The notes beneath the pieces are model-generated. The model saw only the letters and a list, made by a program, of their open reading frames with translations. It searched no databases and was not told the DNA's origin. 64,000 bases of DNA from NCBI GenBank assembly GCA_009785555.1, contig WQWB01000003.1, forward strand, positions 2,280-66,279, in the 5' to 3' direction. Below, in pieces: positions 35,648 through 44,853 of the stretch (positions are counted from its first letter, which is position 1; every line of letters begins with the position of its first letter). This stretch comes from Defluviitaleaceae bacterium (GTDB lineage: Bacteria; Bacillota; Clostridia; Lachnospirales; WRAX01). The position numbers and the translations under genes are program-made.

Positions 35648-35806
35648 TTACCCCACATCCTTTTCCGTATTTTTGTAAAGTATCAACCCCAATAATCCGA
35701 CGACAAAGAAAATTCCGCTCGTAAACGCTCCCTGCATGTTGTAAATACAAAGCGATAATAAGATAACCCCCAACATCAACGCTAATTTTAATATTATACA
35801 TTTCAT
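35648..35806 (-). CDS. possible 52-aa two-TM small membrane protein (below ORF-track cutoff)
   Basis: My own translation: MKCIILKLALMLGVILLSLCIYNMQGAFTSGIFFVVGLLGLILYKNTEKDVG. Two hydrophobic spans, weak RBS. Lies between recQ and the Cys-rich gene. Confidence 0.3.
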   Translation of the reverse strand: MKCIILKLALMLGVILLSLCIYNMQGAFTSGIFFVVGLLGLILYKNTEKDVG

Positions 35807-35870
35807 AAAATTACCCCGCTCGCATTTTATATAACATAATACGTAGGCGGGGTTTTATATGTGAATTGCG

Positions 35871-38012
35871 CTAATCCATATACTCCCAAAACATCTCCAC
35901 GCACATACGCTGCGCGTCAGCGTTGTAAAGGCATTGTATAAACTCACCGCTTCCGCTCGTTCGCCTGACCGTCGATAGCCCGTTCTCACGCCCGATGCTC
36001 GTGGGTATTTTATCATTGCCGGAATGTTCCAAAAGCCCGGCTTCAAGCATTATATTATTAAGTTTTAACGGACTTGTTTTATTTTTGCCGTATTTTATAA
36101 GCACAATATTGATATTGTCGGATATACGTGAAACTGGTATTTCCCCATCATAAATTTCCACTTCCCTAAAAAAAGTTTCCTCATCAAGCACCGAGCGGGC
36201 GATATAACCGCCGCCATCACTACGTTCCTCGCCGCACAGAAGCTCTAAAAACCGCATACCATATTTACTAAACTTTACCTGCCCGACCCCGCTTACCTGT
36301 AACATTTCATCCGCAGTTTGCGGATGCTTTATGCACATATCCACTAAAGTCGCATCGGAGAAAACAACAAATGCCGGTACATTTTCTTCATTCGCCATAT
36401 CAAGGCGCAACGCCTTAAGCCTATCAAACAAATCATCGGAAAACGAAAAATAATCCCTGGCCAATCGTTGCGCTTTATTAATGCGGCCATTGTCGCTCCC
36501 GTTTGCATCGTTAGTCCGAAGGCTAACCGTTTGCCCATCTAAAAGCACCTCTCTAGCTTTTGGAGTAATGCTTAAAAACCCATCGTCATTTATATAGCCA
36601 AGCGCAGTAAGCCTACCCGTAATCCTCCTAATATACTTACGCGCAAAACCACTCATTAAACCGAATGTAGGCAAATCGCGGTAATCGCTTGACTTACCTA
36701 AAAGGATATCGGCCGTGTGCGTAAACATAAACCGCTTACCCATCTTATTAATCCGCCCGATGTGCGACAAAACCTTTTGCGCGTCCAGCGTAATATCCGT
36801 TTCCGTAAAACTACCTAGGCAATTGGCACAGGTATCACAATTTCCGCTCCGCCATTCACCAAAATAAGCGAGGATAAACCACCGCAGGCAGCCGTCGCTC
36901 TCACAATACCTTTCCATATGATTCAACAGCTTTTTATTCCGTGCGATTTCATCCTTGTTCTCGCTTTGTGATATAAGGAAGATCGCAGTAGAAATATCTT
37001 TGCGTGCGTAGTAAAGTATGCAGTCCGCAGGTAAACCGTCCCGCCCGGCGCGCCCCGCCTCTTGGTAATAACTCTCCACGCTCTGCGGCATGTTATAATG
37101 TATCACAAAACGTACGTTGGATTTATCAATCCCCATGCCAAATGCATTTGTAGCGACTATCAACTTTACGCGGTCATGCAGGAAATCGTCCTGTGCGAGG
37201 TTACGCTCGTTTACGTCCAGCCCTGCGTGGTATGGCGCGGCAGGATAGCCATTGTCCGTCAGCTTCTCCGCAAGGTTTTCAACCTCTTTGCGCGTAGAGC
37301 AGTAAATGATGCCGCTCTCGGCTTTGCCGCTTTTCGTTTCAAGATAAGACAGCAACTCAGCGTATTTACTGACGGGTTGTTTTACTTCAAAATATAGGTT
37401 TGGCCGGTCAAAGCCAGTAACCTGAACCAAAGGGTTTATAAAATCAAGAATTGCAGTTACATCATCCCGCACATGCGTTGTAGCAGTTGCCGTAAATGCC
37501 GCCAAAATAGGGCGCGTTGGCAACTGTCTAATAAATTTGGGGATATCCAGATAATGCGGGCGGAAATCCTGCCCCCACCTTGATATGCAATGCGCCTCAT
37601 CCACCGCCACGAGTGATATCCTTTGGTTTTGCGCAAGCTCAAGCATGGACGGCGAGAGCAACCTTTCCGGCGCTACGTAAATAATTTTATATACGCCTTT
37701 TACCGCATTTGCCATCGCTTTCCTAAGCTGTGCATCCGTAAGGGATGAATTTATAAACGCCGCAGATACGCCGTTTGCAACCAGCGCGAGCACTTGATCA
37801 CGCATTAGCGATATCAGCGGGGATATAACAAGCGTAATACCGGGCAAAACCAAGGCAGGCACTTGGTAGCAAAGCGATTTGCCTGCACCAGTCGGCATTA
37901 TGCCCAAAACATCCTGCCCGCTTAAAACAGCATCCACAAGCTCGGCCTGCCCGCCACGGAAGGTATCATACCCGAAATATTGTTTAAGTATCTGCTCTTT
38001 TGTGTTTGTCAT
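35871..38012 (-). CDS. recQ: ATP-dependent DNA helicase RecQ
   Basis: ...GIMPTGAGKSLCYQ..., ...VAVDEAHCISRWGQDFRP..., Zn-binding Cys cluster, HRDC-like region plus about 100-aa C-terminal extension. ATG 38012 preferred; the track's TTG 38024 lies inside a repeat. Confidence 0.9.
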   Translation of the reverse strand: MTNTKEQILKQYFGYDTFRGGQAELVDAVLSGQDVLGIMPTGAGKSLCYQVPALVLPGITLVISPLISLMRDQVLALVANGVSAAFINSSLTDAQLRKAMANAVKGVYKIIYVAPERLLSPSMLELAQNQRISLVAVDEAHCISRWGQDFRPHYLDIPKFIRQLPTRPILAAFTATATTHVRDDVTAILDFINPLVQVTGFDRPNLYFEVKQPVSKYAELLSYLETKSGKAESGIIYCSTRKEVENLAEKLTDNGYPAAPYHAGLDVNERNLAQDDFLHDRVKLIVATNAFGMGIDKSNVRFVIHYNMPQSVESYYQEAGRAGRDGLPADCILYYARKDISTAIFLISQSENKDEIARNKKLLNHMERYCESDGCLRWFILAYFGEWRSGNCDTCANCLGSFTETDITLDAQKVLSHIGRINKMGKRFMFTHTADILLGKSSDYRDLPTFGLMSGFARKYIRRITGRLTALGYINDDGFLSITPKAREVLLDGQTVSLRTNDANGSDNGRINKAQRLARDYFSFSDDLFDRLKALRLDMANEENVPAFVVFSDATLVDMCIKHPQTADEMLQVSGVGQVKFSKYGMRFLELLCGEERSDGGGYIARSVLDEETFFREVEIYDGEIPVSRISDNINIVLIKYGKNKTSPLKLNNIMLEAGLLEHSGNDKIPTSIGRENGLSTVRRTSGSGEFIQCLYNADAQRMCVEMFWEYMD

Positions 38013-38162
38013 ATAGCTGTTCAACTTAAAAACATTTTGTTTTCAAGCTAAACCCTCCAACATTTGTTATAGCTGTTCAACTTGAAAACGGTCTTTGTTT
38101 TCAAGTTGAACCTTACAGTAATTGCACCTTATCGGATCATTTTATGGTTTAACGAGTATATT
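38013..38162 (+). repeat. family 2 hairpin element: one degenerate half-copy plus one full copy
   Basis: 38013-38056 is a degenerate hairpin (GTTCAACTTAAAAAC...GTTTTCAAGCTAAAC). 38069-38162 is a full copy nearly identical to 25159..25254. Confidence 0.8.
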
Positions 38163-38335
38163 ATAGTGTAATGAAGTTAAAACTGCCACTTAGTGAGCGG
38201 ACGGGCCCTCTTGTTTGCTTCGCAAACGGCCGGGTGGCACTCCGCGTTGCTGCGCAATTGGCAAACGAACTTGAGCGGCAGCGTACTTTGTCCGCGAGTT
38301 TAGTAGCAGTTTAATCTTCATTCAGCTATAAAAAG
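38163..38335. repeat. ~170-bp long imperfect palindrome
   Basis: AATGAAGTTAAAACTGCCACTTAGTGAGCGGAC ... GTCCGCGAGTTTAGTAGCAGTTTAATCTTCATT. The outer arms pair. Shares the CTTAGTGAGCG motif with the insert inside 61837..62066. Confidence 0.6.
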
Positions 38336-38373
38336 ATTTTCCTAAAATCCAAAAATGGAATTAAATAAAAAAC

Positions 38374-38406
38374 TGGGCGGCAAACCTTTTAAAGATTTCC
38401 CGCCCA
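38374..38406 (-). terminator. intrinsic terminator after aqpZ
   Basis: TGGGCGG (38374-38380) pairs with CCGCCCA (38400-38406). On the minus strand it is followed by a T-run. Confidence 0.6.
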
Positions 38407-38428
38407 CAATTATTTTGCATCTTATGAT

Positions 38429-39106
38429 TTATTTAGCAACGTCTTTTCCTTTGATTAATTTATACGCGGAAACCGCCAATATCGCACCAACAAGCGGGGC
38501 AACTACAAACACCCACAAGTCCGCAAGTGCCGTACCGCCGGCAAAAATCGCAGGGCCAATACTACGCGCCGGATTCACAGATGTGCCTGTGAGCGGGATA
38601 CCCACAATATGGACAAACACAAGCGTAAGGCCGATCACAAGGCCGGCAACGTTTGACTTGGCCTTATCCGCCGTAACGGCTAATATAACAAGCACGAAGA
38701 TGAAAGTAAGGATTACTTCAATGTACATCGCCCCCCAAATGCCGCCTGCGCCTCCAACAAGGTTTGAGCCCAGATAGTTTGTATAATCCACTTCTATGGC
38801 ACTTGATAAAACCCTTAACAAACCGGCACCGGCTATAGCACCGGCAACCTGCGAAACCACGTACCCGCAAAGATCAACAACTTTAATGCGCCCATCCAAA
38901 AATGCGGCGAGCGAAACCGCCGGATTGATGTGGCAACCGGACACATTACCGATAACATGTGCCATAGCTACGATAGACAGGCCAAAGGCGAACGCAACAG
39001 CCAAATGGCCGCCGCCCGTCGCTACACCTAAAAACACGGCCGCACCGCAACCCATAAAAACCAAAACCAAAGTCCCGATAAATTCGGAAAAATACTTTTT
39101 GTGCAT
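38429..39106 (-). CDS. aqpZ: aquaporin (MIP family, AqpZ-like)
   Basis: Two NPA boxes (...GCHINPAVS... and ...GTSVNPARS...), six TM segments, 225 aa. Confidence 0.85.
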   Translation of the reverse strand: MHKKYFSEFIGTLVLVFMGCGAAVFLGVATGGGHLAVAFAFGLSIVAMAHVIGNVSGCHINPAVSLAAFLDGRIKVVDLCGYVVSQVAGAIAGAGLLRVLSSAIEVDYTNYLGSNLVGGAGGIWGAMYIEVILTFIFVLVILAVTADKAKSNVAGLVIGLTLVFVHIVGIPLTGTSVNPARSIGPAIFAGGTALADLWVFVVAPLVGAILAVSAYKLIKGKDVAK

Positions 39107-39133
39107 AAATACACGCTCCTTATTTGTTTTTTA

Positions 39134-39219
39134 CGGAGACGGTGGGATTCGAACCCACGTGGGGTTGCCCCCAACCTGATTTCGAGTCAGGCTCGTTATG
39201 GCCACTTCGATACGTCTCC
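39134..39219 (-). tRNA. tRNA-Ser (anticodon CGA)
   Basis: Minus-strand cloverleaf: acceptor GGAGACG/CGTCTCC, anticodon stem CCTGA/TCAGG with loop CTCGAAA, long variable arm, T-arm GGGTTCGAATCCC. CCA not encoded. Confidence 0.85.
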
Positions 39220-39297
39220 CAAAATAACCGTGGAGAGTATACACGATTTCCCAATATTTTGCAAGTAAAATTTTTGTGTGGTTATTTTTAATGCGCG

Positions 39298-40842
39298 TTA
39301 CTCGTGGTGGCGCGCTTTAATATACTCAAGCACCGCGTCATGACCGACCAACAAATCGCGGATGTAAATGGGTATGCGGATGTCTGGCATTAGTGTTTCG
39401 TATGGATAGTCCGGCCAGAACATAGCGAATGTCTGCGACGCCGCAAAACGCATGTTCGGCGCATACACGAACCCTCGTCTATGCGATGTAGCCGGAAGAC
39501 TGATACCGTAAAAAAAGTTAGGTGACTGCGCCGCCGGTTCGCCTATTATATACACGCCGTCAACGCGCGTTCTAAGGTACGCCGCAGTCATAACCGCGGC
39601 CGACGCAGTACCCCTATCCGTAATAACGTAAATTCCGTGAAACAAATCATTATTCTCTCGTAAAAATATACCAAGCTCCGGTACTGCCGGTAAAAACGCT
39701 CCACCGCCATTGCCGCGTAAATCTAGAACGAAAATTTGTTTTTCACCACATTCTATCACCGATGTAACCATGGCATTTATGGTCTCACGGAACTCATTAT
39801 TTAAATCCATCGGGTCGGATAATTCAGAAAAACGCACATAATGAAACGATCTTGCTCTTACATACAACATATTATTTTCATATAAGTTTTCAAAAAAGAA
39901 CGGTGCTTGTTGATGTTTATTATATAACATACCAACGCCAATATCAAGGCGAACGGTTTCAATTTCCTCAAACTCGCTTATTGGTATGTTTTGGATTGAT
40001 ACGATAACTTCTTCACCATTTTCATCCAGCAAATAATATTTAACAATATTATCACTATCTACAACACCAAAAAACCTCAACGCTTCCGGCCATGCAAGCA
40101 TTCTCATAGCTGACCTTGGCATTTCATATCTGCTTTCATACATAATTATTGCCGACAACACATCTATAACTTCTAAAATCGGTATGCCATTTATTTTTTC
40201 AAGACGGTTGCCCAACAACCACTCATATTTCAGCGGTGCGCCAACAACAAATACCCCATCGGCAAAATACGCAAAGTCCAACGGAAACCGCTCCGTAAAA
40301 AACGGGTGCGGATCCGGGCGAAAACTGTACCCAGAATGAATATCATTTAAAAGTGAAAATATTTTCCGCATATTAAAATATAGCTCATAATCTTCAAGAT
40401 ATGGTATATTTTCAATTAAGTTATTTACTAAGTATATAAATTCTTCAAGAAATTCATAATTAGTAAAGCTATCGTTTTCATTTGCTGTCATTCGTAAAGT
40501 AACCCAAAAACTTGTAAACATTAAGTTTGGATTTTGGTGGTTAATAAAGTATTCAATCTGCTCTAACCTATCATCTACTGTACTATATAGCATCGGTGAA
40601 TTATTTAACACCGGGTGTTCTGACGTAAAGTAACCTAAAAATATCCTTAACAAACTTTCCCATTCTTCGTCCCTATTAAGCTCAATTATATTATTCAAAG
40701 TCCATGGATTGTCGTGTCTATCACGCATGGCTGCGTTTACAGTTAAACTCATCGATGCGATTATACCTACAATGATAGATAATGAAAATATTGTTATTAT
40801 TTTTTTACAGACATTCCACATATTTTTCCTCCTCATATCCAA
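39298..40842 (-). CDS. S41-family (tail-specific/C-terminal processing type) peptidase-like secreted protein
   Basis: Signal anchor. ...FVLDLRGNGGG... and ...TDRGTASAAVMTAAYL... resemble the S41 catalytic core. AT-rich gene. Confidence 0.6.
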   Translation of the reverse strand: MDMRRKNMWNVCKKIITIFSLSIIVGIIASMSLTVNAAMRDRHDNPWTLNNIIELNRDEEWESLLRIFLGYFTSEHPVLNNSPMLYSTVDDRLEQIEYFINHQNPNLMFTSFWVTLRMTANENDSFTNYEFLEEFIYLVNNLIENIPYLEDYELYFNMRKIFSLLNDIHSGYSFRPDPHPFFTERFPLDFAYFADGVFVVGAPLKYEWLLGNRLEKINGIPILEVIDVLSAIIMYESRYEMPRSAMRMLAWPEALRFFGVVDSDNIVKYYLLDENGEEVIVSIQNIPISEFEEIETVRLDIGVGMLYNKHQQAPFFFENLYENNMLYVRARSFHYVRFSELSDPMDLNNEFRETINAMVTSVIECGEKQIFVLDLRGNGGGAFLPAVPELGIFLRENNDLFHGIYVITDRGTASAAVMTAAYLRTRVDGVYIIGEPAAQSPNFFYGISLPATSHRRGFVYAPNMRFAASQTFAMFWPDYPYETLMPDIRIPIYIRDLLVGHDAVLEYIKARHHE

Positions 40843-40908
40843 ATCAAATAAAATATGAGGCTATTATTTTTTATAACAGCCTCATATTATTAATTATATC
40901 ATTGTTTA

Positions 40909-41241
40909 TTAACAACTTTCCGCGCATATACGCGTTACGTTCCAACCGTAATCCCAACCCAAATATTCACCTGTTACACTGCAATATACACGTATAATAC
41001 CCCACCACCACACTTGTGTCATATTTGCATTGCAAATACTGCATCTACTAGTCCCTGTACCGCCATTACCGCAATCGAAATTAGGTGGCCCCCAAGATGT
41101 AACTTCGACTACTTCAAATTGTTCAAGCACTAAATTTACTTGATTATGTACGCCGCCTGTTGCGGCCGCTGTTGCTCCGAACATAAACACCAGAGCCATT
41201 ACCGTTGCAAAAACAATCTTACTAATCGAGGTTTTCTTCAT
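40909..41241 (-). CDS. small Cys/Trp-rich secreted protein (110 aa)
   Basis: AGGAGG RBS. Signal peptide ...FMFGATAAA. Mature region has 6 Cys and WWWG / GWDYGW motifs. Confidence 0.5.
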   Translation of the reverse strand: MKKTSISKIVFATVMALVFMFGATAAATGGVHNQVNLVLEQFEVVEVTSWGPPNFDCGNGGTGTSRCSICNANMTQVWWWGIIRVYCSVTGEYLGWDYGWNVTRICAESC

Positions 41242-41291
41242 AAAAAACCTCCTGTGAATTTAATTTCGGAATCGCGATATCCTTAAAATTC

Positions 41292-41320
41292 ATTATATTC
41301 AGTTTTTTATTATTTGTCAA
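41292..41320 (-). promoter_or_regulatory. perfect-consensus sigma-A promoter (TTGACA-17 nt-TATAAT)
   Basis: On the minus strand, TTGACA = 41320-41315 and TATAAT = 41297-41292, with exactly 17-nt spacing. About 50 nt upstream of ATG 41241. Confidence 0.6.
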
Positions 41321-41364
41321 GTATTATGCAAAAATCTTTTGCATTTTTGATACTGTACGTCGTT

Positions 41365-42702
41365 TTATATAAATTTTTGCCGAAAAATACTCTGTGCCAA
41401 ATGCCGTTTTGACGGGCAAACATACGTACACGAACCGCAATTTACGCATGCCTTACCGTTGTATTTTTCAAAATATTCCACAGTTTTTGGATCCCCAGCG
41501 TCTGCGTGTTTGTTTAACAGCATAGGTAATAACCCGGAGGTGCAGGCGGCGGCGCATTTGCCGCATTTTATGCAGTTACGCTCTTTCGTTATCTGTGCGT
41601 CCTTCTTATTAAGGCATAAAAGCCCGGCTGACGTTTTTGTAACGGGTATATCGGTATCCGCAAGGGAAACACCCATCATGGGCCCACCGAATATAAATTT
41701 ATGCGGCTCACACGCATAGCCGCCTGCCGCGTCTATAAGCGACGCAAAGCTAAGCCCGATCGGCACGGCATAGTTACCCGGATTGCTTACCGCACTGCCC
41801 GCCAGCGTTACTACGCGCCGCATAAGCGGCCGTCCGCGGCGGATGGCGCGCTCAATCGCGATAAGCGTATCTACGTTAAATACGAGGCAACCACTATCCG
41901 TCGCATAGCCGCCTGGCGGCACTGTTCTGCCCGTGTATGACTGTACGATGTTCTTCTCGTATCCAGCCGGGTATTTTACCTTTAGCTGTACCGGTGATAT
42001 ACCAGGCACGGCGGCGCACTTTTCTTCCAATAAATCAAACAACTCCTGCTTATCCGCCTCAATCGCGATTATGCCCTTACTGTTTGGAAAAAGGCGCATT
42101 AGCGTTTTAAGCCCGGTTATCACCCGTTCATACTCCTCGTACAACAACCTGGTGTCGCATGTTAGGTATGGCTCACATTCCGCTCCGTTGGCAATTATAT
42201 AATCAATACCACCTTCATTCTGCAACGCCGATTGCAGCTTATAGAACGTAGGGAACCCGCCGCCCCCCATACCAACTATACCCGCATCGCGTACGCGGCC
42301 AATTATTTCGCCGCTACCTAATTCAAAAAACCCTTCCGCAGTCGTACCGCGTGGAAGTATATCGGGTGATTCGGTAAACAAACCGTCGTTTTCTATAACG
42401 AAAACTACGTCCTCCACTCCATCCGGCAGTACTGTATCAGAAAACCCCAGAACCACTCCGGAGACGCTTGCATGTATAGGTACCGCAAAGGCATCGTCGC
42501 TATCCGCTATCTTTTGGCCAACATGCACAATATCCCCTGTGTTTACAAGCGGCGTAAGGGCTGCTCGTGTACGGCTATGTAGCGGGTATCGCATTTGCTC
42601 GCTAATGTCAGGTATAACCTCAATTATCGGCTTGTTTACGGTTTTTTCCTTAAATCCCGGCAGCCTAACGCCACCACGCTTAAACGAAAGATATTTACGC
42701 AT
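41365..42702 (-). CDS. rnfC: RnfC-like NADH-binding iron-sulfur subunit
   Basis: ...GIVGMGGGGFPTFYKL... nucleotide-binding loop, SLBB-like region, two ferredoxin motifs (CIKCGKCAAAC..., CVNCGSCTYVCP). RnfC/PduS architecture. Not adjacent to rnfDGEAB. Confidence 0.7.
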   Translation of the reverse strand: MRKYLSFKRGGVRLPGFKEKTVNKPIIEVIPDISEQMRYPLHSRTRAALTPLVNTGDIVHVGQKIADSDDAFAVPIHASVSGVVLGFSDTVLPDGVEDVVFVIENDGLFTESPDILPRGTTAEGFFELGSGEIIGRVRDAGIVGMGGGGFPTFYKLQSALQNEGGIDYIIANGAECEPYLTCDTRLLYEEYERVITGLKTLMRLFPNSKGIIAIEADKQELFDLLEEKCAAVPGISPVQLKVKYPAGYEKNIVQSYTGRTVPPGGYATDSGCLVFNVDTLIAIERAIRRGRPLMRRVVTLAGSAVSNPGNYAVPIGLSFASLIDAAGGYACEPHKFIFGGPMMGVSLADTDIPVTKTSAGLLCLNKKDAQITKERNCIKCGKCAAACTSGLLPMLLNKHADAGDPKTVEYFEKYNGKACVNCGSCTYVCPSKRHLAQSIFRQKFI

Positions 42703-42775
42703 ATAACCCCTTTAAAACGTGACATGTTGTATTGATATGAGCTGCCTGGTTAAATTATGACAAGCCCACTTAGCA

Positions 42776-43687
42776 TTATCGCCACCGTTCATCAAACAGC
42801 TCACCCGTAACATCCGTATTTGTTGCCGCGTCTATAAACTTACTCACCGTGAGGTTTACTGGCTCACCGCCAACATCTTTTGTAATTACCATAAAAAACC
42901 TATGAGCCGGCCATGCCGTGGTAATCCTATTGTTATTCTGTATGTAGTAATACACCATATCATGCCTTGTAATTATTATAGACTGCACATCGTCATAACG
43001 AATAGGGCACAGCAAAACCTGCATAACCGTAAGCAAAGCCTCGTCCGCCGCACGGATATTTTGCGTACCGTCCGACAGCTCGATGGTGCTTGCAAGAAAA
43101 ATCCGTTTATGTTCTATTCCATAATAACCGACAGTAAATACCGCTACATTCGTAACAACGGGCATATCGTTGAAAAAACTCACAAAACGGAGAACATAGT
43201 TAATTTCACCATATTCATTATATACAGTCGATGTGCTTTCGATCCGAAAATTTAAGGTTATTCCGCTACGCGCCTCCATCTCGTGCAAAAAAATGAAAGC
43301 CACGGCTTCTGCCTCCGCCAACGATGTGATAGAAGCCGTCGAATTGGCTCGCAGGCTGTCTCTGTCAGCCTCAAATATAACTGAATTATTTTCCGTTTCT
43401 GATATACCAGGAAAACCTAGGTTTGACATCTCCAAAAACATTTCGTGCATTACATTAAAATCAAACGGCTCCATCCTGATTGTGTGCATCGGAAGGACGG
43501 CTGAATCCTCAATATTCCAGTTAAGCGTGATTCCATGGCTGTTTAGGAGGTTTGTAATAGCCGTATAACGCTCCCGCGTTACGGCCCGTATGTTGGCGCG
43601 GCTTTCCTGCCATATAAAGAAAAACATAACCGCGTTAAGCAGAAGCAGTATCATGATAAATGTGTTTTTTAATCGGTTCGTGTCCAT
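42776..43687 (-). CDS. membrane-anchored protein, YycI/YycH-like (tentative)
   Basis: N-terminus MDTNRLKNTFIMILLLLNAVMFFFIW resembles the YycI-type anchor. The rest is not recognised. Confidence 0.35.
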   Translation of the reverse strand: MDTNRLKNTFIMILLLLNAVMFFFIWQESRANIRAVTRERYTAITNLLNSHGITLNWNIEDSAVLPMHTIRMEPFDFNVMHEMFLEMSNLGFPGISETENNSVIFEADRDSLRANSTASITSLAEAEAVAFIFLHEMEARSGITLNFRIESTSTVYNEYGEINYVLRFVSFFNDMPVVTNVAVFTVGYYGIEHKRIFLASTIELSDGTQNIRAADEALLTVMQVLLCPIRYDDVQSIIITRHDMVYYYIQNNNRITTAWPAHRFFMVITKDVGGEPVNLTVSKFIDAATNTDVTGELFDERWR

Positions 43688-43733
43688 TATTGCGTCCCTT
43701 AAAAAGATACTCTATAGATTTTTGCCGTCGTTC

Positions 43734-44825
43734 TCATTTAAATAGCTTCCCCAATTCTTCCATTTTTTCATACGCGTGTCCAAAAAAATCTTTAAGCGCG
43801 TCACAGTGAATGTTTTTAGACATCGCACCACCTTCCGAAGGTTCGCGGTAACGTCGGCAACCACCCTTACATAAATTTACCCAAGCACATGCTAAGCAAT
43901 CGCGGTGCGGTTGGTTAGACATATCAATAAATTTTTTGGCCACATCGGACTTCAGCATTTTTGACAGATTGTCTGTTTGGATATTACCAAGCCTCCATTC
44001 GTCCAATACATAAAAGTCGCATGGATAGCAGCTTCCGTCCGCCTCTATAAGATAATAGCATGTACATACGCCTGCGTAGGCGCACATCGTCGGCCCTCGG
44101 CCTTGCATGATTCTGATATAGTTCTCAAAATTTTGTACACTTACGTAATTTCCACCCTTTGCGTCTTTGTAATACTCATCAAACACGCTTTTTAGAAAAT
44201 TTCCGTAACCTGACTTAAGGTTTGACGGCAAGGTTCCAAAATCATCAATACATGGGATAAATTGTAAATACTTATATTTTTTGAGGTTGCTATAGACTTC
44301 GCCTGGCGATGCGGCGACATCGTTGTTAATAACGCAAAGCACGTTAAATTCCGCGCCGGCGGCTTGCAAAAGTTCCGCCGCGTGCAGCGCGCGGTCGTAC
44401 GTACCCTGCCCGTTTGCGTCACACCTATATTTGTCGTGTATCTCCTTTGTTCCGTCTATGGAAAGCCCAACTAAAAAATTATTATGCGAAAAGAAATCTG
44501 CCCACACTCCGTCCATCGCGTAACCATTAGTTTGGATGGCGTTATGTATGCGGACATTATTGACATTGTAACGTTTTTGGAGGCGCAAAAGCTCCTCAAA
44601 AAAGCCCAGCCCGGCAAGTGTAGGTTCGCCGCCTTGGAACCCGAATGAGCAGGATCCCGCCGCGTAGGCAAGTGCTTTGCGTACAAGCGTTTCCAAAATA
44701 TCAGACGCCATAACACCATAGGACGCCTGCTCGCGCCGCCCTGCCACATCAGAATAAAAACAATAGCTGCACCGCATGTTGCAAAGGCCGGAAACCGGCT
44801 TAATTAAAAGGGAAATAGGCCGCAT
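43734..44825 (-). CDS. radical SAM/SPASM-domain maturase (anaerobic sulfatase-maturase-like)
   Basis: CNMRCSYC radical-SAM motif near the N-terminus. C-terminal Cys-rich SPASM-like region (...CAYAGVCTCYY...CYPCDFY...CLACAWVNLCKGGC...). Confidence 0.8.
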   Translation of the reverse strand: MRPISLLIKPVSGLCNMRCSYCFYSDVAGRREQASYGVMASDILETLVRKALAYAAGSCSFGFQGGEPTLAGLGFFEELLRLQKRYNVNNVRIHNAIQTNGYAMDGVWADFFSHNNFLVGLSIDGTKEIHDKYRCDANGQGTYDRALHAAELLQAAGAEFNVLCVINNDVAASPGEVYSNLKKYKYLQFIPCIDDFGTLPSNLKSGYGNFLKSVFDEYYKDAKGGNYVSVQNFENYIRIMQGRGPTMCAYAGVCTCYYLIEADGSCYPCDFYVLDEWRLGNIQTDNLSKMLKSDVAKKFIDMSNQPHRDCLACAWVNLCKGGCRRYREPSEGGAMSKNIHCDALKDFFGHAYEKMEELGKLFK

Positions 44826-44853
44826 AGTTTCACCTGTATTTTTATATTAAACT

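Noticed and set aside
38355-39179. ORF-track + strand ORFs 38355..38777 and 38796..39179
   Set aside because: Antisense to the well-supported aquaporin gene, with low-complexity Pro/Thr/Ala-rich translations. The second also runs across the tRNA-Ser gene.
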